64,000 bases of DNA from sequence record OP310984.1; one strand, written 5' to 3'. The notes under the pieces were generated by a model. The model made no database searches. It worked only from the letters and a program-made list of their open reading frames with translations, and had not been told where the DNA came from. Of the stretch, positions 58,508 to 64,000 are shown in pieces. The translations under genes were made by a program, and so were the position numbers. Position 1 is the stretch's first letter. Every line of letters begins with the position of its first letter.

Positions 58508-60055
58508 ATGTCAAGTCCAAAACAATTACTCGTTTCATGTATCACTCTATTATGTTTAGAAAATCGAGAAGATTCTCCAGTGGAACCATCCAATGAATTG
58601 GTTACTGAGATTCTTGATACTCTAAATGATAAGGGTGGTACATTAGATGTAGATCATGGTCGACAAACATTTTTAGATCTTCGTAATCTACTAGTGGATC
58701 TAAATAAGAAACAGAAAGCATATTTCCCAGCTACCCAACAGGTATTACAATCACTACAAGTATGTTGTCGTGAAGAAAGTTATCTATACGATGCTGTTAA
58801 AAATGCAGTAGAAGAAGAATTTCCAAATGGCATGGCATTAGCCATGCGTGTAACTTCATATCGTCGTGATCTAAATAGCTACTTAGCTGATGAGAAGGTA
58901 AAAGCTATTGTAAAAGAATGTTCATCAAAAATTCTTTTCAATAGAGGCTCTGCTGATATTCCGGCAATCATTAATGAAATGGCAACCAGAGCTGACCCAT
59001 ATATTCGCGCGCGTGCTGAAGAGAAACACCCAGCTGAAATGGGTGCACTTGATTTTGGTAATTTAGATTCTATTGAAGGCTTCTTTGAGGAAGCTAAAAC
59101 TATTCTTTCCCCAAATGGTGCTTTCCGTACTGGATGGAAAGGTTTTAACAGGATGCTTGGTGATCTGGGTGCATTAAAACGTGGTGAATTTATTATCGGT
59201 GGTGGCCTACAACATCAATATAAATCTGGCGTTTCTATGAGTCTATTTTGCCATGTGTGTCTATTTAATAAACCATACATGCGTGATATCAATAAGAAAC
59301 CATTAGTAATGTTTATTACTCTTGAGAATGAGATTCCGGATAACCTTATTTTCATTTATGAGTATATTTACGAAAATGAAACAGGTATCAAGGTAGATCG
59401 TAGTTCTATTAGTAAAGCTGAAGCAGCTGAATATGTATCAGCTCGTCTCCGTGAAAATGGTTTTGAACCAGTAATGTATCGTTTTGACCCAACTGAATTT
59501 ACGATTGCTGGTTTAGTTAACTACCTAGATACATATCAAGCACGTGGTTATGAACTACAATATCTCTGCGTAGATTATCTAAACATGTTGCCTAAAACTG
59601 GATTAGTGACCAGTGTAGCAGGTGATGACGTTCGTCTCCTATTTAGGCGAATGCGTAACTATACTGCACCACGTGGTATCACATTCTTTAGTCCGCATCA
59701 GTTAAGTTCTCAGGCATTAGAACTAATCAGGGATAATATCCCACCAGAAGACTTTGTTAAACAAGTTGCTAACAAAGGTTACTATGACGGTTGTCGCCGA
59801 CTTGGACAAGAACCTGATCTGGAATTCTTCTTCCACATTGTTAAAGTAAGTGGTAAGTATTATCTAACCGTACAACGTGGTAAACACCGTAACGTTGTAA
59901 GTGATAGTAAGCATCACTATTTTGTTATGCCGTTTGATCCAGACCGTATTGGTGGTATTAGATGGGATATCGATAAAGAAGAAAACAATTACATGGATTT
60001 CGTACCAAGTCTTAGTAATATGCAAGCAACTGGTGGAGATGACTGGGGATATTAA
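58508..60055 (+). CDS. dnaB: DnaB-like replicative helicase (gp118)
   Basis: FITLEN, CVDYLNML, SPHQLS and QRGKHR SF4 helicase motifs; P-loop variant GGLQHQYKS. Confidence 0.88.
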   Translation: MSSPKQLLVSCITLLCLENREDSPVEPSNELVTEILDTLNDKGGTLDVDHGRQTFLDLRNLLVDLNKKQKAYFPATQQVLQSLQVCCREESYLYDAVKNAVEEEFPNGMALAMRVTSYRRDLNSYLADEKVKAIVKECSSKILFNRGSADIPAIINEMATRADPYIRARAEEKHPAEMGALDFGNLDSIEGFFEEAKTILSPNGAFRTGWKGFNRMLGDLGALKRGEFIIGGGLQHQYKSGVSMSLFCHVCLFNKPYMRDINKKPLVMFITLENEIPDNLIFIYEYIYENETGIKVDRSSISKAEAAEYVSARLRENGFEPVMYRFDPTEFTIAGLVNYLDTYQARGYELQYLCVDYLNMLPKTGLVTSVAGDDVRLLFRRMRNYTAPRGITFFSPHQLSSQALELIRDNIPPEDFVKQVANKGYYDGCRRLGQEPDLEFFFHIVKVSGKYYLTVQRGKHRNVVSDSKHHYFVMPFDPDRIGGIRWDIDKEENNYMDFVPSLSNMQATGGDDWGY

Positions 60056-60064
60056 CAACATAAA

Positions 60065-60084
60065 GCTCTCCCTTCGGGGAGAGC
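60065..60084 (+). terminator. Hairpin terminator (cUUCGg)
   Basis: GCTCTCCC-TTCG-GGGAGAGC. Confidence 0.8.
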
Positions 60085-60109
60085 ACTATAATTTTAATAG
60101 GTAATCTAA

Positions 60110-60478
60110 ATGAGTGCAATTGATAATTTAGTAAATACTTTAAGAAAGAATATTAGTGAATGTAGAAAGTTTAATCGACCCCTATTTGCACGTGTATATG
60201 CCGCATCACAAAATTACGATAAAATCCGTTATGCTGTGGCAGAAGAAGCCCATTATTTTAAATATGGTAAATATGCAGAAGGTAATAACCTCAATATCGA
60301 TGAACTTATCAGTGATCTATATCTGTACTACACTATCTATGTCGATGTGATCCGTAAACCTTTACCTGATCCTAATGGGGATTTCATCAGTATTGTAAAT
60401 CAAGATCATTACACGCATATATACTGGGATTTAGATCGGTGTGAATCTATTCCAGATGATGTAAAGGAGTTAATGTAA
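60110..60478 (+). CDS. Hypothetical protein
   Basis: 122 aa, AGGT RBS. Confidence 0.7.
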   Translation: MSAIDNLVNTLRKNISECRKFNRPLFARVYAASQNYDKIRYAVAEEAHYFKYGKYAEGNNLNIDELISDLYLYYTIYVDVIRKPLPDPNGDFISIVNQDHYTHIYWDLDRCESIPDDVKELM

Positions 60479-60479
60479 T

Positions 60480-60716
60480 ATGTACTATGGTAATGTTTAT
60501 ATTATCTTTATTGGTGGTTTATTAATATTTATCCTAGGATTGGTATTTGGAGGAATACTGGGAGAAGAGAACAATAACGTATATAAACTCAAATCCCAAC
60601 AATTTGAATACTGCGTTAAAAATAAACAATCAAAAAATAATGACAGTGAAAATATCCAAGTTATTAAAGTATGCGCAGAGTCTATTGTACTCCTATATCC
60701 GACTAATGAAAAATAA
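60480..60716 (+). CDS. Small membrane protein
   Basis: 78 aa; N-terminal TM; two Cys. Confidence 0.7.
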   Translation: MYYGNVYIIFIGGLLIFILGLVFGGILGEENNNVYKLKSQQFEYCVKNKQSKNNDSENIQVIKVCAESIVLLYPTNEK

Positions 60717-60723
60717 AGCATTT

Positions 60724-60743
60724 AAGCCCTCATAGGAGGGCTT
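60724..60743 (+). terminator. Hairpin terminator
   Basis: AAGCCCTC-ATAG-GAGGGCTT-TTATGTCGT. Confidence 0.75.
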
Positions 60744-60749
60744 TTATGT

Positions 60750-61310
60750 CGTATGGCTAATATGCTAGTGAATAACGAATAAAATCGATTATAGAGCAAA
60801 TTAGAAGGTATTAAAGGCATAAAGAAAGTCTATCTCTAGACTTATTATTTTTAATTAAAAAAAATATAATCTATACTGTGTCTCCTTTTAGGGAGACAGT
60901 ATGTATTAGCTAACGCTATTAGAATAATGCTAATATTGTTTATTATTAGAATAAGGATATACCTTCGGTATAGTTTATTATGAAATAAAAGCCCCTACGG
61001 GGCGATCCGATTCCTCAGTTCCACATTAGGTAATATTCATGAGTAATATTTAATTACCAGTATCATTGAGTAATACTGGTAATAATATACTAGATTATTA
61101 ACAATATGTATTGATCATTCTGATTAAGTCAAATTAGCTAATAAACAAATCAATTATCAACGAGTGATAACTGGTATTGATTACTAGCTAAAGAGATTAA
61201 TTAGGATATCTACATGAGGAGTCGCTACCCCATGTATTCTGGAGTTTCTCTTTAGCGGGAGACTTAACTCCACTTGGGAGCCGCTTTAGCGGGCGGCTCT
61301 CACTTAAACA
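60750..61310. other. Hairpin-rich non-coding region (candidate origin or structured RNA)
   Basis: No ORF; at least nine inverted repeats; bounded by inward-facing terminators. Confidence 0.55.
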
Positions 61311-61331
61311 AAAAAAAGAATTCAGATAAGT

Positions 61332-61351
61332 CCCTCTCCTAAAGGAGAGGG
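61332..61351 (-). terminator. Hairpin terminator
   Basis: CCCTCTCC-TAAA-GGAGAGGG, with a U-run shortly downstream on the minus strand. Confidence 0.75.
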
Positions 61352-61359
61352 GTTGTTTA

Positions 61360-61665
61360 TCATAGGCTTCTCCTTTCGGTTACATAGAACTTCTTCTGAT
61401 CCATGTCAGTGTATGTTACTATGAAATTGTCGAAGGGGTTGATGGATACGGCTAAACCTGCGTTGTTGACGTATCCTATTGTAGGGCCAGCCCAATAACC
61501 AATGAAGTTACCTCTACGATCTCGACATTGGATAACATTATCGGCTTGCGTTTTCGCAACCGACATGCTATGGGTTGATCCATCGGGTCTCTTGAAAAAG
61601 AAACCTACTTCCTGCATTCTGTGCAGGTCAGGGCTAACATTGTTAGCGGTAACTGGAATTAACAT
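61360..61665 (-). CDS. Hypothetical protein
   Basis: 101 aa, GAGGA RBS, flanked by hairpins. Confidence 0.7.
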   Translation of the reverse strand: MLIPVTANNVSPDLHRMQEVGFFFKRPDGSTHSMSVAKTQADNVIQCRDRRGNFIGYWAGPTIGYVNNAGLAVSINPFDNFIVTYTDMDQKKFYVTERRSL

Positions 61666-61733
61666 GATTGTTCCTCTTGTTAATCCAAGCCCACTTGGGC
61701 GAAAATGTTGAGTATTTTTTACTCAACGGCATA

Positions 61734-61761
61734 TAGCCCTACTGTTACAGCAGTAGGGCTA
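61734..61761. terminator. Hairpin
   Basis: TAGCCCTACTG-TTACAG-CAGTAGGGCTA. Confidence 0.65.
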
Positions 61762-61795
61762 ATTCTTTTATTCTTAAAAGTTTAACTGAATAAAT

Positions 61796-61817
61796 GCCCT
61801 CTCCCGAAGGAGAGGGC
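61796..61817 (-). terminator. Hairpin terminator (cUUCGg on the minus strand)
   Basis: GCCCTCTCC-CGAA-GGAGAGGGC. Confidence 0.8.
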
Positions 61818-61830
61818 TTATGTCGTTAAT

Positions 61831-62106
61831 TTATTTAACCAGCGATGTTTCCCTAACACGAGAGATGCATAAATAATTACTGTAATCGCTGGGGTCGTAC
61901 TCATCATACCCTAGACAACTTGTATGAATATATTCAGTACTGATATTAATCATATCAAGAGTAATACCATCACCCCATTTCTTAGTTGCCATCTCGATAA
62001 TATCGGCGATAGTATTGGCTACATAACAATCACCCAAGATATAAAAGGTATCTTCGGTATCATCCGGACGAAAATGACGAATACCATTCTGTGTATATTC
62101 ACCCAT
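61831..62106 (-). CDS. Conserved small phage protein
   Basis: 91 aa; PDDT..T.Y...I...EYIHT.CLGYD.YDPSDY motif; GAGGA RBS. Confidence 0.75.
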   Translation of the reverse strand: MGEYTQNGIRHFRPDDTEDTFYILGDCYVANTIADIIEMATKKWGDGITLDMINISTEYIHTSCLGYDEYDPSDYSNYLCISRVRETSLVK

Positions 62107-62107
62107 G

Positions 62108-62251
62108 TTAATTATCCTCTTTTCCTTCTTGAGTATGATGAGTGGGCTCTACCCAGTAAAAATCAATAAACAGATCAACTGGTTTACAGCCAACCATCTC
62201 GCTGTCATCGGCCCATTTACTTTCATCTACGATAATTTCTTCATTAGTCAT
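62108..62251 (-). CDS. 47-aa acidic hypothetical protein (not in the ORF track)
   Basis: AAGGAG RBS; MTNEEIIVDESKWADDSEMVGCKPVDLFIDFYWVEPTHHTQEGKEDN. Confidence 0.65.
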   Translation of the reverse strand: MTNEEIIVDESKWADDSEMVGCKPVDLFIDFYWVEPTHHTQEGKEDN

Positions 62252-62290
62252 TTGTATTTCTCCTTATTTACTATAGTAAATATTGTTTAG

Positions 62291-62503
62291 TTACATAGTC
62301 CAATTAGTGGCTTCATCAACCATATCAGCTGCTTCTTTATCAGAAGCATTCCAGAGTTTATCAGCCCATTCTTTATCCATTTCATTTTGGATATTTTCAA
62401 GACGCATGTAATTATGCCATGCCTGACCCAGTCGAAGATTCTTATTATTTTTGTAATAAATTCCAAACTCACCACGAACTGATGCAGGAATTGAAATAGT
62501 CAC
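62291..62503 (-). CDS. Hypothetical protein
   Basis: 70 aa, GTG start, AAGGAG RBS; LRLGQAWHN motif. Confidence 0.7.
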   Translation of the reverse strand: MTISIPASVRGEFGIYYKNNKNLRLGQAWHNYMRLENIQNEMDKEWADKLWNASDKEAADMVDEATNWTM

Positions 62504-62655
62504 TTTATAATCTCCTTAGTTACTATCTGACGTGCTTCTTTATAAGAAATATTCGGATTATCATTGATGTATTTAAGAACTTTCTGATGTATAATGTTCT
62601 CTCGCTCAGTTAGTTCTTTTACTACTCTTTTAAAATAACCTGGTGATCGTTTCAT
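62500..62655 (-). CDS. 51-aa basic hypothetical protein (not in the ORF track)
   Basis: MKRSPGYFKRVVKELTERENIIHQKVLKYINDNPNISYKEARQIVTKEIIK; GTGA overlap with the next gene. Confidence 0.65.
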   Translation of the reverse strand: MKRSPGYFKRVVKELTERENIIHQKVLKYINDNPNISYKEARQIVTKEIIK

Positions 62656-62657
62656 AG

Positions 62658-62885
62658 TCATGGTTCTTCGATTAACAAGTTATTTGCCTCGAAAAAGAAT
62701 GGGGCTGACCAGCTATAATCTGGTTCATTTACCAGTTTTACACTGTTCTTGGTTTTGATAATCTTGCGATCATACCGCCAGTTTTGTGGTCCATGTTTAG
62801 GAATAGTGTAGTATTCACCATCGGGTAGATTAGTGGCTTTTTCCCATCCGAGTTCTTTAATACTAAACTTTTTATCAGTTGTCAT
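62658..62885 (-). CDS. Small hypothetical protein, paralog of 63241..63504
   Basis: Start MTTDKK after AAGGA; NLPDGEYYTIPKHGP motif. Confidence 0.7.
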   Translation of the reverse strand: MTTDKKFSIKELGWEKATNLPDGEYYTIPKHGPQNWRYDRKIIKTKNSVKLVNEPDYSWSAPFFFEANNLLIEEP

Positions 62886-62948
62886 TTTCTTTATTTCCTT
62901 GCTGTCATGAAACCACCCGGTGGCCGTATCAAGCTGCGTCCCCATGGT

Positions 62949-63233
62949 TTATACTGCACGTGGGATCACTGATATCTCAAGAGTCAGATCAGCCGCGTCC
63001 AGTAGGTTTACCAGGGCGTCCAGAGAGAACTTGTCAATCTTGCCTTTGAGAAGATCATTCAATCTCGGTTGCGTAACATGTAGGCGAGCAGCAGCGTCTT
63101 TTTGCGGAAGATCCCAGCCCTTTATAGTACGGGTGAGAGCCCGCATGAGTTGGGAACGGATACGTAGGTTTTCAGTTTCTTTTGTCGAGTCAACTAGTGT
63201 ATCCCAGACACCGGGAGTGCATTCGTTTGCCAT
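62949..63233 (-). CDS. XRE-family HTH regulator (HigA-like antitoxin type)
   Basis: VWD..D...EN..IRS.LM...Q..AA..L.VTQPR..DL.KGKI..FSLD.L; ~48% GC by hand count. Confidence 0.85.
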   Translation of the reverse strand: MANECTPGVWDTLVDSTKETENLRIRSQLMRALTRTIKGWDLPQKDAAARLHVTQPRLNDLLKGKIDKFSLDALVNLLDAADLTLEISVIPRAV

Positions 63234-63240
63234 TTATTTA

Positions 63241-63504
63241 TTACCTCTTGAGGTAAATGCTCGGATAATAAACTACATTATATTTAAAGAAATCACTTAC
63301 CTTGAATTTTATGTTCGGTGCAGTGATTAGATAACAATAATCACCATCAACCATAACGCGTCGATCATGGCTATATACCCTAGGACCATGTAACGGAGAA
63401 GTTACATAAATCCCATTGGGAAGATTCCGTAAATCGTCTTTATTCAGAAACTTACCATTAGGATTTATAGTTAATGGATAACAACCAGGATTAAGTTTAT
63501 GCAT
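63241..63504 (-). CDS. Small hypothetical protein
   Basis: 87 aa; NLPNGIYVTSPLHGP motif; GAGG RBS. Confidence 0.7.
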   Translation of the reverse strand: MHKLNPGCYPLTINPNGKFLNKDDLRNLPNGIYVTSPLHGPRVYSHDRRVMVDGDYCYLITAPNIKFKVSDFFKYNVVYYPSIYLKR

Positions 63505-63520
63505 ATTTCACCTCTTTTAT

Positions 63521-63545
63521 AAACCACCCTTATATAGGGTGGTTT
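63521..63545. terminator. Hairpin terminator
   Basis: AAACCACCCT-TATAT-AGGGTGGTTT. Confidence 0.7.
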
Positions 63546-63549
63546 TTTT

Positions 63550-63825
63550 CTATTGACCAATATACGTGCTGGTGTATAATTCAATGGTTGGTTTATGAAT
63601 GGTCAGATTATATTTCTTAGCTAAATCATCAATATCCCTGGAACAATCAATGAATTTTCCAGTCTCTCGGTAGCGCATCACCCATGAACCCCGAAATGGT
63701 GCATCATCTAATGGATTAATACCATATTCACGACATACCACAATTGCTTCATGTCGTGGAGTAGCACCAGTAGTGACAAAGTGATTTTCATAAACTGGGA
63801 TCATTGATACATCTTTATTGCTCAT
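63550..63825 (-). CDS. Hypothetical protein
   Basis: Start MSNKDV (GAGG RBS) preferred over the ORF-track start at 63927. Confidence 0.65.
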   Translation of the reverse strand: MSNKDVSMIPVYENHFVTTGATPRHEAIVVCREYGINPLDDAPFRGSWVMRYRETGKFIDCSRDIDDLAKKYNLTIHKPTIELYTSTYIGQ

Positions 63826-63866
63826 AATAACCTCTCTAAAATTACCTGAAGGGATATGCATGATAT

Positions 63867-64000
63867 TTATTTTTGTTTTTGACTGATCATGGAGGCATTG
63901 GTGAAGTAATATAACGCATGTTTCCAATCTTGAGGGTCATATGTGCACTTATGAGCAACCACATAATCACCATCAATTTTTTTGAACAAGTTTACCATGA
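63867..64000 (-). CDS. 3' end of a hypothetical gene (may extend beyond the window)
   Basis: Frame reads MVNLFKKIDGDYVVAHKCTYDPQDWKHALYYFTNASMISQKQK then TAA. Confidence 0.5.
   Translation of the reverse strand, partial: MVNLFKKIDGDYVVAHKCTYDPQDWKHALYYFTNASMISQKQK

Noticed and set aside
58508-60055. Atypical P-loops in the helicase (GGLQHQYKS) and UvsX (SRPNNFKT) as signs of inactivation
   Set aside because: The other catalytic motifs are intact, and such variants appear to be family traits of phiKZ-like enzymes.
60750-61310. tRNA genes in the hairpin-rich gap
   Set aside because: No cloverleaf with a TTCGAA T-loop, D-loop GG or matching acceptor stem was found.
62920-63330. 136-aa plus-strand ORF
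   Set aside because: Antisense shadow of the high-GC XRE gene.

Overview
A 64 kb segment of a phiKZ-like Pseudomonas jumbo phage (Phikzvirus). It is collinear with phiKZ ORFs ~110-173 in reverse order; the gp numbers are assigned from recognised proteins plus gene order and length. Recognised genes: SbcC/Rad50-like ATPase (gp165), baseplate spike and PAAR tip (gp164/gp163.1), inner-head paralogs (gp162/gp163), RNase H (gp155), UvsX (gp152), virion RNAP beta C-terminal subunit (gp149), collagen-like fibre (gp146), endolysin (gp144), RuvC-like resolvase, the gp131-135 fibre family, portal (gp129), non-virion RNAP beta subunit (gp123), major capsid protein (gp120) and DnaB-like helicase (gp118). 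Top observation: the major capsid gene ends in UGA. It is followed in frame by 26 sense codons encoding three 8-aa R-Y-L-E-[ND]-G repeats, matching the C-terminus of gp143. A ~56-nt hairpin begins 8 nt 3' of that UGA. Together these suggest programmed stop-codon readthrough giving a tailed capsid subunit, possibly a fibre-docking site. Other leads: a hairpin-packed 560-bp non-coding region near the helicase with twin identical loops; GC hairpin terminators followed by TATG instead of U-tracts; a 2OG-Fe(II) oxygenase pair in the fibre operon; two separate spanin-like pairs; an alternative-hairpin leader on the endolysin; and a high-GC orphan XRE antitoxin-like gene. No tRNA, rRNA, CRISPR array, intron or IS element was seen. 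Everything is from manual reading; no searches were run.
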